Of a stretch of DNA of 60,858 nt, positions 27,583 through 36,422 are shown piece after piece. Every line of letters begins with the position of its first letter. Position 1 is the first letter of the stretch. Location: positions 1 through 60,858 of IMG/VR virus record IMGVR_UViG_3300021963_000139, one strand, 5' to 3'. The notes under the pieces were generated by a model. That model searched no databases. It saw nothing but the letters and a program-made list of their open reading frames with translations, and was not told where the DNA came from. This DNA comes from a virus (Duplodnaviria > Caudoviricetes). A program made the translations under genes and the position numbers.

Positions 27583-28420
27583 TTTCTTTCCTCATGTTTA
27601 CCCATGACTTTACAGCGCGATAAAAATCGTTTTCTAAAAATTGATTGAAGTTAACATCGTCAACCGACTTGATTATTTTTTTATTAAAACGCGAGTCGCA
27701 TGAATAGTGACTTATGTAATGCCATGATTTATATTCATTAAACCCAGGGACGTATACGACATCTTCATGCCGCATGACAACCCGATGGTTAGCACATGCC
27801 ACTTGCAAAGCATACATCCCCGCCCACCATTTAAAATCTTTTGAAGATGTGCTTTGAAATATCTGCTTATGTGCTTGCAGCCACGTAATAAGTATTTTTT
27901 TAAATGTTTTTGCTTTGGCAATAATTGGAACGAAACCGCCATTGTACGCGCCATGATGTTTTGTTAATAGCGGTTCTATTAAATGTTTATGCTCTGACAA
28001 ACTTTTTAAATGCCATGATTCATATACGTTTGATACAACAACTTCGTCTTTGATGTTTAAGTGCGGATGTTTTTTTAGATGACACATATCGCAATCTAAT
28101 AATTCAATTATTTCGTCATCATCAAATTGATCAATAGTCTGTATTAACGCCGATTGAATATTTAACGGCACAATCAATCTGTCGTAAATTTGCTCAATAT
28201 TTAAAAAGTCAAAACAACTTTTCACAATCACATGCGGCAAATTAAGCCGCCACGGTAAAGCCTTATGACTAGTTTCATCAGGGGCGTTTTTATCTACAAC
28301 CAGTGCCACAGCCTTTCGCCATGCGCCAACACCGTATACTTTTTGATGCTGGTGCCAAAACAAATCCAGTTGTAACCCAAAGTTACCGGCACATACTGCA
28401 ATAGGTATGCTTACCATCAA
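27569..28420 (-). CDS. Glycosyltransferase resembling plant SGT1/HPAT (GT96/GT95)
   Basis: DxD motif LLDCDM, plus PLNI, GGFVPII, WWAGMYAL, PGF and SHY in the same order as recalled SGT1/HPAT motifs. Confidence 0.65.
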   Translation of the reverse strand: MMVSIPIAVCAGNFGLQLDLFWHQHQKVYGVGAWRKAVALVVDKNAPDETSHKALPWRLNLPHVIVKSCFDFLNIEQIYDRLIVPLNIQSALIQTIDQFDDDEIIELLDCDMCHLKKHPHLNIKDEVVVSNVYESWHLKSLSEHKHLIEPLLTKHHGAYNGGFVPIIAKAKTFKKILITWLQAHKQIFQSTSSKDFKWWAGMYALQVACANHRVVMRHEDVVYVPGFNEYKSWHYISHYSCDSRFNKKIIKSVDDVNFNQFLENDFYRAVKSWVNMRKENGCI

Positions 28421-29553
28421 AAAGGCCTTTCTCTAAGCCATTTAGTGGCTATCCATTTCACACCTTTTTTTACAGGAACACCTGCGTGCAATGACTCATG
28501 CTCCATCTTGGGATATTTGAATAGCACTGCGTTTCCTTCCACTGCTTCAAATTCAAGATGCATTTCGGGGAATGTCGTCCCGCCTCCAAGTTCTGGGGTA
28601 TTCAAATAAATTAAAAACGTTGCGACTCTTTGTCCTGATTTTTCTAGCGACTGCGTTGTCGGAGGTTTTGATGCATCAAAATAATCGTGATGAGGCTTAT
28701 ACTCTTGCCCCTCTTCGTACCGCAAAATTTGCAATCCTTCTCCGTTTTCTACAGGAATTCCTGTAAGTTGCGCGATTCTTGTTTCAAGTCTTGATATTAA
28801 TTCTGTGCTTCCGCGTTGCAAAAATGCGCCGTAACTTGTTCTGTTTGGATGGTCTGTAGGATGACCTGTTTCGTGATGAACCACAGTAGATTTTTTAAGA
28901 TTTGGTTGCGCCGCACTTATTAATTCTTGACACTCTTGTTTGGTTAAAAAATTACCAAACAATGTTGTCTCAATAGGCTTTTGCTTTTTGAACAATACAG
29001 TACTTGTTTCTTTAATCTCTGGAAGCGACCAGTGAAAAAACATATACACAGCGCGCTGTTTTTCGCCACACAGTAGCTCATCTCTCCAATGAGGAAACTT
29101 TCGGCCTTCCATTACTGCGCCGTACCCAACACCAAAATGCGCTTCTAAAAACTTTTCTTTAAAATGTGCGTTTTGCGCTTTTAAATCCCAGGTGTCGCCA
29201 TGATAAGTTTTGGCGCTTATATTAAGAGGCCAATCTAAATTGTTTTTATCTTCAAGACAAACACTTAAGGTTAAATCTAACCCTTTTCGATCTGTGTGCA
29301 AATTAAGCACGCTATGTCGGTTATAAACTCTTGTGTACGTATTTGCAAATACCGCCGTAGGATATTTTTCCTTTATTAATTTTGTTGCGCGATCTACATA
29401 AGCAATTGACCCTGGTAAATTAAAATATCCGTAACTATTTTTATAGTATTCTGGGCTGTTGTTTTCGTCGTGGTGATCAACTGAAAAAAACTCTTCTACT
29501 AAAGCCTTGCATTCATCGGGACTAAAAATTTTTAAATTGCTTGTCCAAATCAC
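28417..29553 (-). CDS. Tandem 2OG-Fe(II) oxygenase: phage-type N-terminal domain plus a prolyl 4-hydroxylase domain
   Basis: N-domain has HTD..PHWR. C-domain has RTSYGAFL, EGLQILRYEEGQEYKPHHDYF, QRVATFLIYLN, GGGTTFP and HAGVPVKKGVKWIATKW. Confidence 0.85.
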   Translation of the reverse strand: MIWTSNLKIFSPDECKALVEEFFSVDHHDENNSPEYYKNSYGYFNLPGSIAYVDRATKLIKEKYPTAVFANTYTRVYNRHSVLNLHTDRKGLDLTLSVCLEDKNNLDWPLNISAKTYHGDTWDLKAQNAHFKEKFLEAHFGVGYGAVMEGRKFPHWRDELLCGEKQRAVYMFFHWSLPEIKETSTVLFKKQKPIETTLFGNFLTKQECQELISAAQPNLKKSTVVHHETGHPTDHPNRTSYGAFLQRGSTELISRLETRIAQLTGIPVENGEGLQILRYEEGQEYKPHHDYFDASKPPTTQSLEKSGQRVATFLIYLNTPELGGGTTFPEMHLEFEAVEGNAVLFKYPKMEHESLHAGVPVKKGVKWIATKWLRERPF

Positions 29554-31868
29554 GTTTTCACCATTTTTGTCAAAACATCGGCTTTAAGTTTTTTGTCTGT
29601 CTCAAGTGATTTTGCCGCCAGTCGTTGTTGTTCTTTTTGAGCTTCTATTGCAATCCTTTCTTGTTCAACTTTTAATCTTGCTTGGGCTAAAGCAATGTCG
29701 GCTTGGTCTTTCATCGCTTTTCTCTTAACTTCTTCTGCTTTAATCTGTAGTTCAGCTTGTTGCATTTGAACAATTGGATCTTGTGCTTGTTGCATGGCTT
29801 GTTGTTGCTGGGCTTGCGCCATGTTTAGCTGCAAGAGCTGTGCCGCGGCTTGTGCCGTGAGCCTTGATAACTCTACTTCTACGTCTTCAGGAAGTTTTTC
29901 GTTTGGCGGCGGTAGAGGAACCCCTACTTGCTCTTCAATTTTCTTTCGGTAAAGAAAAGACAGGTGTTCTGCGACATGAGCCATGACCGCCGCAGCCATT
30001 TGTTGCGCCATAGGGTTTTGTCCTATGGTTTTTTGGATCATGGGATCTTGCAAAAAAGTCATGTGTGTAGCGATATGTGCATCGTGGTCTTGATAGATAA
30101 ATGCTTTAGTGGGTTCCATCCTTAGAAACGCCATGTTTTCAGAAATAGGGTCTTTGGGATGCTGATCTTCTGGTAAAGGAACTAACCTATCCGCGTTTTT
30201 CACCCCTAAAACTTCAATCATTTGCCGATGCAGTTGAGGCAAATCATAAATTTGCGGGGCTTGGGCCGCTAATTGAATGACCGCTTGGTACTGCATAATC
30301 CTTTGCGCCATCGTTGCAGCGTTAGGGTCACTTACCGGGATGATTTCTACGTGTTCGTAGTCCTCTTGTTTGGCTTTTCTATCTCCTCCCTCGGGGATAT
30401 AGCTGTAGTCTTCAGGGCTACAGTCCTTAATAATTTCTTTTAACAGCTTAAATTCCTGCTTCATTGCCGCATGAACACGAGCTTGAACCGCACTCATGGT
30501 TTTTAGCTGTCTTTCTAATAGCGCCAAAGTCGTTCCTACCGGCGCTTGAGACGACATATCGCTGACTTTCATGTCAGCAATTGATCCTAGTCTTCGTCCT
30601 TCTTCGCTGATCTTTTCTAACAGCATGGCTAATACTTGCGACGGCTCCTTATAAGGAAGCGTCATGATGTTATCTTTAATCGCGCCACTCGGAACGTCTA
30701 CGTCTCTGAATTCTCCTGGCGCTATAGGGGTGTCATCGCCTTTTACCCTAAGACCTCGAGACTTAAGGCCTCCCGGTAAATTCGATAAAGTACCTGCATC
30801 GACCAATTGTCTGATTAACATGGTCCCTGCGCGGGCGTAACCACCTATTAAATGAATATACCCAAACCCATAAGCACCAAAGCCAGGGACATAGTCATAC
30901 TGAACGAGATGTTGTCTTTTCCTATAAAGATAATCACCCTCTCGCCAGTTCCTATAAATGGACAAAATCTTGTTCGTTCCTTTATCAATACTTACAATAT
31001 AAGGAACGGCTACGTCGTCTTCCTTTTCAAACCCAGGTAGATTTAAATCCACCTGTATTTCACAAATTAAATATCTGTCATCGTCGTTAATCGAAAACCC
31101 CGTCTCTTCGGCTTTCTTTTCTTCGACGTCGTTTGATATTTTTATGGGGTCTCCTAAATCAACATCCCTGTAAAACCCTTTAACCTGAAGCCGGTGGATA
31201 TCATTTTTAGTCTTACGCATCATGTGTGTGACGCGTTCCGCGGTTCTCGCCCCCGAGGCTCCGTAGGGAATAATTACGTCCTCCGCAGGAATAAATACCG
31301 CGGTCTCTCTTCCTAAATTAGGATCGTAGTAAACCTTCTTAAAGGCAGCGCCGCTTAGGCCTAAATTAAATAACATCCTCTCATGTTCTGGTCTGTACTC
31401 AGGAATCGTCTCGGTTAAACGATAATTCATATCGTCTCGGACTCTCTCGGCAGCGTCTTCTTTTTCTTTGGTTATTTGACCAATAATTTCTGTTTTAACT
31501 GGACCCTGAGCAGGGAAAGTCTCGATAATCATTTCTGACTGAAACCTTACCGCCGCTTCTGTTAATAAGGTCGAAAATACACCGCAGGCTCCGTTCCACG
31601 GCTCTGTTCTTTCTTCATACTTCATGCCTAAAACTTCTAAGCCTTTGACGTACATATCGACCCAGTCTTTTCTAGAGCCGATATCCGCATCCACTTCGCC
31701 CATTAAATCTGACGCAAGCGTTCCTAACTCCGACTCCGACATATACTCGGCTAAATTTGAATCAAACTCATCGTCTGTTTCTTTATCAGGCTCTAAGACA
31801 ATCTCTAACCCATCTATACCAATTGACACTTCTTCGGGGTCAACAATTTCAATCTCAAGTTCACTCAT
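29550..31868 (-). CDS. Portal protein
   Basis: 772 aa directly after TerL; GAAFKKVYYD, GFGAYGFG and LPYKEPS motifs with a Gln-rich coiled C-terminus. Confidence 0.85.
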   Translation of the reverse strand: MSELEIEIVDPEEVSIGIDGLEIVLEPDKETDDEFDSNLAEYMSESELGTLASDLMGEVDADIGSRKDWVDMYVKGLEVLGMKYEERTEPWNGACGVFSTLLTEAAVRFQSEMIIETFPAQGPVKTEIIGQITKEKEDAAERVRDDMNYRLTETIPEYRPEHERMLFNLGLSGAAFKKVYYDPNLGRETAVFIPAEDVIIPYGASGARTAERVTHMMRKTKNDIHRLQVKGFYRDVDLGDPIKISNDVEEKKAEETGFSINDDDRYLICEIQVDLNLPGFEKEDDVAVPYIVSIDKGTNKILSIYRNWREGDYLYRKRQHLVQYDYVPGFGAYGFGYIHLIGGYARAGTMLIRQLVDAGTLSNLPGGLKSRGLRVKGDDTPIAPGEFRDVDVPSGAIKDNIMTLPYKEPSQVLAMLLEKISEEGRRLGSIADMKVSDMSSQAPVGTTLALLERQLKTMSAVQARVHAAMKQEFKLLKEIIKDCSPEDYSYIPEGGDRKAKQEDYEHVEIIPVSDPNAATMAQRIMQYQAVIQLAAQAPQIYDLPQLHRQMIEVLGVKNADRLVPLPEDQHPKDPISENMAFLRMEPTKAFIYQDHDAHIATHMTFLQDPMIQKTIGQNPMAQQMAAAVMAHVAEHLSFLYRKKIEEQVGVPLPPPNEKLPEDVEVELSRLTAQAAAQLLQLNMAQAQQQQAMQQAQDPIVQMQQAELQIKAEEVKRKAMKDQADIALAQARLKVEQERIAIEAQKEQQRLAAKSLETDKKLKADVLTKMVKT

Positions 31869-31877
31869 CTTAGTTCC

Positions 31878-33359
31878 TTAGTAGTAAGCTTTACGGCGAA
31901 AGGTTACGGGTTCTTCTTCCTCGTCAGACGCAAGCCTTAAGAACCCTCCCTGCCTGAATCGTATCAGTGCCTGCACACTCGAGTCTACGAGGTCATCATG
32001 TTCCGCATTAGGGAAAGCAGCCATCTGTTCGACGACTTCTTCAGCCCATCGTGTATCAGGTCGCCATACTTTCCCTGATCTAAATAAATCAGAAACACTA
32101 TTAATCCTTACAAACTTATCGTTTCCTCTTACCGGGGTGTACTCAGATACTAAAACCCCCATCTGCCTAAGTTCAAACACTAACGGCGCGCCAGCAGCTT
32201 TGGCCTCGATAATACAAGCATCTGGCTCCCAGTACTTATACTGGCTTAAAGCTTTGTCTTTTAACTCAGGGAATTCCATCCTTTTTTGGAAGGCATCCAG
32301 CATTATTATGTTCGGATCCCTTTTATCCTCGTCTTTATAAAAGACTCCCCAAGTCGTACACGCCGAGTAGTCAGCCCTCTCGCTTTTCGTAAACGCGGTG
32401 TCCCAGCTCTGGATAATAAAATCGCATGTCGGAGGATCGTCCTTCTCCCATACTTTCCACCATTCTCTTTTTACTATCGCACCTTCCTCTCCGGTCGGGG
32501 TCTGCTGATACTGAGCATTCCATTTTGAAGGAGGTAATTCTTCCCTTAAAGCCTCTAACTCTTTTAACGACCAGAACTCAGGCCATAGAGGATTTCCACT
32601 TGGCATAATCGCCGGTAGTTCAATAACCTCCCACTCCTCGTGCTTATCCCTCTTCGCCGCTTCTTTAATTATTTTCCCTGTTAAGTCTCTGTCCGACCAC
32701 CTAGTCATGACGACGACTATAGCCCCTCCAGGCTGTAGACGCTGACGCGGTCCAGACGTATACCACTCAAATACCCGATCAAACGCCGCGGGATCCCCTG
32801 TTGCTTCCTGCTCTGAATGCGGGTCGTCAATAATTAATAAGTCTGCACCCTTACCCGTTACCGTACCGCCCACCCCGATAGCAAAATATTCCCCATCAAA
32901 ATTAGTCGCCCACCTTCCCGCGGCCTTGGAGTCTTGCCGTAGAGATACATTAAAGATCTCCCGGTACTGCTCACTCATCACTAAATTTCTAACTTTCCTG
33001 CCAAAGTTCACAGCCAAATCCGCCGTGTTCGAAGTTTGTATAACCTTCTTATTAGGATATTTCCCCAAGTACCAACTTGGCAATAAGTAACTGGCAAATT
33101 CGCTTTTTGTATGCCGAGGAGCAATGTTAATAATTAACCTCTTTAAACTCCCCTCCGCAATCTCCTCAAACTTTTGCCCCATTAATGCGTGATGCCGACC
33201 TAATATAAACCCCGGCCACATCTTTTTCACGTAAGACATGAAGGACTTCTGGCATCTTTCTCTTTCTAAAGCGTTTTTATATTCCACAACCTGACTTAAC
33301 AGTTTCTCCTGTTCCGCCGCGGGCAATTTCGCTATCAGGTCACTTAAATTCATAGACAT
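31878..33359 (-). CDS. terL: Terminase large subunit
   Basis: INIAPRHTKS Walker A, LIIDDP Walker B, MTRW, and RNase H-like SWDTA and HDDLVD. Confidence 0.95.
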   Translation of the reverse strand: MSMNLSDLIAKLPAAEQEKLLSQVVEYKNALERERCQKSFMSYVKKMWPGFILGRHHALMGQKFEEIAEGSLKRLIINIAPRHTKSEFASYLLPSWYLGKYPNKKVIQTSNTADLAVNFGRKVRNLVMSEQYREIFNVSLRQDSKAAGRWATNFDGEYFAIGVGGTVTGKGADLLIIDDPHSEQEATGDPAAFDRVFEWYTSGPRQRLQPGGAIVVVMTRWSDRDLTGKIIKEAAKRDKHEEWEVIELPAIMPSGNPLWPEFWSLKELEALREELPPSKWNAQYQQTPTGEEGAIVKREWWKVWEKDDPPTCDFIIQSWDTAFTKSERADYSACTTWGVFYKDEDKRDPNIIMLDAFQKRMEFPELKDKALSQYKYWEPDACIIEAKAAGAPLVFELRQMGVLVSEYTPVRGNDKFVRINSVSDLFRSGKVWRPDTRWAEEVVEQMAAFPNAEHDDLVDSSVQALIRFRQGGFLRLASDEEEEPVTFRRKAYY

Positions 33360-33777
33360 ACCCCTTACCCCGTCCTAAGTCTTTTATGTTCTCCTCCTTA
33401 AATAAGTTCTCCTTCTTTACATATCCCTTATACTCCCCGCCCCTATCATCCACCACCATCAGCACATAAATATCGCACGGGTCTTGGGTCTTATCCAGTG
33501 TAGCTAGAAGCCGCCCGTTCCTATACCTCGTACTCTTCACATCAATACTTTCACCACTCCTCGAGACAAAATCAGCTTTCCTCTTCCCCAAACTTACATC
33601 CACGTAATAGTTAAACAACTTCCCAAAACACATCTCACCAATCATCCCGTCCACATCCGCCTGGAAGCCGTCATCCATCTTTTTCTTATCCCCATAATTC
33701 CTCCTCCCATACGTCTGCCTCGACGCCGCAATAAAACGCGCCATCATCAACTCCATCTCACTTAACTCAACCCTCAA
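33340..33777 (-). CDS. Putative PD-(D/E)XK-like nuclease
   Basis: GE...ADF...IDVKST pattern. Confidence 0.5.
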   Translation of the reverse strand: MRVELSEMELMMARFIAASRQTYGRRNYGDKKKMDDGFQADVDGMIGEMCFGKLFNYYVDVSLGKRKADFVSRSGESIDVKSTRYRNGRLLATLDKTQDPCDIYVLMVVDDRGGEYKGYVKKENLFKEENIKDLGRGKGYVYEFK

Positions 33778-34052
33778 TCTAAATTCCTAAAATTTATATA
33801 CACAGGCCTTATCGTCCTACCCCTCCTCTCCACCTTCTTTATCGCCCCTATCCTCTCCAACTGATCCACAATCCTCTTCGTGTTTCCTATCCCCATCTTC
33901 CCCCTCAATATCGCCAACTCCCTGATCGTCGGACTATATTGAAACTTCTTCCAGAACTCATCAATCAATATAAACACATCCCTCTGTACCGGCGACATCA
34001 CTTCCACCATCTCATTTAACGTTGATTTTTTGGTAAATTTTATATAACCCAT
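33774..34052 (-). CDS. LexA-type winged-HTH DNA-binding protein without a protease domain
   Basis: SPVQRDVF.LI.EF...YSPTIRELA..L.RIG.I....RTIR. Confidence 0.75.
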   Translation of the reverse strand: MGYIKFTKKSTLNEMVEVMSPVQRDVFILIDEFWKKFQYSPTIRELAILRGKMGIGNTKRIVDQLERIGAIKKVERRGRTIRPVYINFRNLD

Positions 34053-34057
34053 AACTC

Positions 34058-34083
34058 AAACTCCAGTAACGTTACTGGAGTTT
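34058..34083. promoter_or_regulatory. Perfect 26-bp palindrome, putative operator (copy 1)
   Basis: AAACTCCAGTAACGTTACTGGAGTTT; a second copy lies at 46051-46076. Confidence 0.7.
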
Positions 34084-34135
34084 TGGTATGAAACGGTAAA
34101 AATAACTATGCCCCGCCGCATTTGATGGTACCTTT

Positions 34136-34855
34136 TTACACCTGGGGGGAGGTGCTATAAACTTCATCATTATCATCGGGGGAAATTTTGTCTGGGGAGG
34201 GGGTATCTTCGAGAGTTGATTTGAGGGGAATAGATGTTGATTTGTGGGGAATAGTATGTACAGGCGAGGCCGGATCCGTCTCAGCATCCAGGGGGGTGGG
34301 GGAGGGGTGGGCCTGCCCCAGTTCCTGTAACAATTGGGTGGGGTCCACGTCGATCGCCTCGGCCTTGATCAGCGCCGACAGTTGATCCATGATCATCTTT
34401 CGCGCATCGTCGGATGACGAAACGTGTTTGATTTCCTTCCGCTCCACGAATGCGCTAACCTCGGTTACAGTGCCAAGTACTCGAGCGGCGCTGATTCGAG
34501 CGGATTGGCTAGACTCTGGATCGACTAGCACTTGCACCAAGCTTTGGACAACCAATTCTCGCAAGGCGAGCGGAGAGCGATATTTCGCCGACTCAATCGC
34601 CAGCTCGTAAGCTTCGATCTCACGCGCAATCCGAGGGTTTGCGGTTAGCCGGTATGGTTCGTTGTTCAGCGTATTAGGCTTTGCATCATGCTTATATGCT
34701 TTCCGGTATGCACTCGCTTTTGTCTCCCCCATTGCCACTCGTCTCGCGAATTCCCTTTGCTTGTGAGTTAACTGTCGGGAAACGTCTTTACCAAGTACTT
34801 CAACCATTGGCATTTGCTCTAGTGCTTGCTTTGCTTGCTTTCTAGAAAGTTTCAT
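34136..34855 (-). CDS. terS: Terminase small subunit (putative)
   Basis: LTHKQREFARRVAMG.T.ASAYRKAY HTH motif, upstream of TerL; likely start MKLSRK at 34855. Confidence 0.7.
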   Translation of the reverse strand: MKLSRKQAKQALEQMPMVEVLGKDVSRQLTHKQREFARRVAMGETKASAYRKAYKHDAKPNTLNNEPYRLTANPRIAREIEAYELAIESAKYRSPLALRELVVQSLVQVLVDPESSQSARISAARVLGTVTEVSAFVERKEIKHVSSSDDARKMIMDQLSALIKAEAIDVDPTQLLQELGQAHPSPTPLDAETDPASPVHTIPHKSTSIPLKSTLEDTPSPDKISPDDNDEVYSTSPQV

Positions 34856-34960
34856 TTTGTACTGTCTCGCTTCGCTCGTGGTGGGTCGAATTCTATAGGA
34901 ACAAATGCGGAATCCATAGCCCTGGCTGCAACCCCTAACCGCGCAGCAAATCCGGGTGAT

Positions 34961-34989
34961 TTGCATGGTAAGAAAAAGTAGGATATAGT
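34961..34989 (+). promoter_or_regulatory. Sigma70-like early promoter
   Basis: TTGCAT-17 nt-TATAGT upstream of the first plus-strand gene. Confidence 0.65.
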
Positions 34990-35033
34990 GGAATCTCGGT
35001 TACTTATTCGATATTAATTTTATAGGGGTTTTT

Positions 35034-35351
35034 ATGAAAGCTTACCGACACTTAATCAAATATGCCCTTCGCAAAGGGTTTACGGTTTCCGTTGATACCG
35101 GTGGCGACGAACTAGACCTTCGCCGTTCGCAATCCTTTAAGGATATCGTTGATGCCGTTGAAGCTTGCGATGAAGCCGTTATGCTTTTCCGCGATCAGGA
35201 AAACAAAAAACAAGGGTTCGCACTGGTCATCGCCGGGTTAGCCGATGACGAAACCGTCGCCGATCATGCCGTTATTCAATGGCTTGAAGACTGGTCCGAA
35301 GATTACGCGGACCACCAAATCCGCGCAGCTCGCCTAATCCCGAGTCGCTAA
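35034..35351 (+). CDS. Hypothetical early protein
   Basis: ORF with an RBS, downstream of the promoter. Confidence 0.7.
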   Translation: MKAYRHLIKYALRKGFTVSVDTGGDELDLRRSQSFKDIVDAVEACDEAVMLFRDQENKKQGFALVIAGLADDETVADHAVIQWLEDWSEDYADHQIRAARLIPSR

Positions 35352-35404
35352 CCGCTAGCCCTGCGCGCAGGGCTATAGGGTATCGATTCAACTTGGAGAT
35401 AAAC

Positions 35405-36070
35405 ATGAGATTACGTCCAACAAATCCGGCCCTGGAATACGGCATAACCATACACCCGAAGACCGTTAAACCCATCGCCGACTATGCATCACGCCTATTG
35501 AAACCCGCGTCATCAAATGACAAGCTTGGGAATGGTTCGAATGTAATCAGCAAGGGTAAATGGCGCGATTTTCCAATGTACTCGCTTACGTTGGAAGAAA
35601 GATCAACTTGTGATCGGTCTTGTCAACAATGGGCAAATTGCTTTGGCAATAACATGCGCTTTGCTCATCGGATTGGAAACGATGATCCGGATCTACTCAT
35701 GCTTCGCCTGAATGATGAACTCGATCACCTTAGCCGAGTGCATCCCGAGGGTTTTGTTGTCAGATTGCATGTGCTAGGGGATTTTTTTAGCGTGGATTAT
35801 GTGGATTTTTGGGCTAACGCCCTTCGGGCATATCCCGCACTCCACTTGTTCGGCTATACCCATCGCATCGGATCCATAGGCGAAGCAATCGCCAAGCATT
35901 TGCAAAATAGCCGCGCATGGATCCGATTTTCCGACCGTGGTGGTGACATGTCAGCAAATGTCGGAGGGGAGGGGATTGTATGCCCCGAGCAAACGGGCAA
36001 GACCGCGTCTTGTCTGACATGCGGATTATGTTGGACCACGACAAAAGCGATTGCTTTCATCGAACACTGA
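35405..36070 (+). CDS. Gp88-like Cys-rich (Fe-S/radical-SAM-like) protein
   Basis: TCDRSCQQWANC, VRLHVLGDF, GYT and a C-terminal CPEQ...CLTCGLCW. Confidence 0.6.
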   Translation: MRLRPTNPALEYGITIHPKTVKPIADYASRLLKPASSNDKLGNGSNVISKGKWRDFPMYSLTLEERSTCDRSCQQWANCFGNNMRFAHRIGNDDPDLLMLRLNDELDHLSRVHPEGFVVRLHVLGDFFSVDYVDFWANALRAYPALHLFGYTHRIGSIGEAIAKHLQNSRAWIRFSDRGGDMSANVGGEGIVCPEQTGKTASCLTCGLCWTTTKAIAFIEH

Positions 36071-36078
36071 GGAAAACC

Positions 36079-36243
36079 ATGACCGACGAAATTTTTGAAG
36101 TCATTTGGAGTTATGCGGATGACGCCTACATTATGCGAAAGCTTATGCCATACAACATGATCACGCCCGAATTTATTGGGAGTGCTGAAGACTGTAAGGC
36201 TTGGATGTTGGCGAACGTTCAACCGTTCATCCTGTCACATTGA
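36079..36243 (+). CDS. Hypothetical protein
   Basis: GAGGAAA RBS before ATG 36079 (MTDEIFEV). Confidence 0.5.
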   Translation: MTDEIFEVIWSYADDAYIMRKLMPYNMITPEFIGSAEDCKAWMLANVQPFILSH

Positions 36244-36422
36244 ATCGCTTAAAGCACATTCTACCGAGTGTGCTTTTGGATGTTCAACGCCAAAGGAAAA
36301 ACCATGACCCATGACGAAATCCGCGAACTATATACGCGCAAGTTAAACATGACCCTTCGGGAACTCTCACAAATCACCGGGTTATCAATCCCGGCTTTAA
36401 AGAAAATCCTCATGGAGCAATC

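Noticed and set aside
33774-34052. Temperate immunity/lysogeny module
   Set aside because: Only a LexA-type DNA-binding domain is present; I recognised no integrase, CI peptidase domain or ParA.
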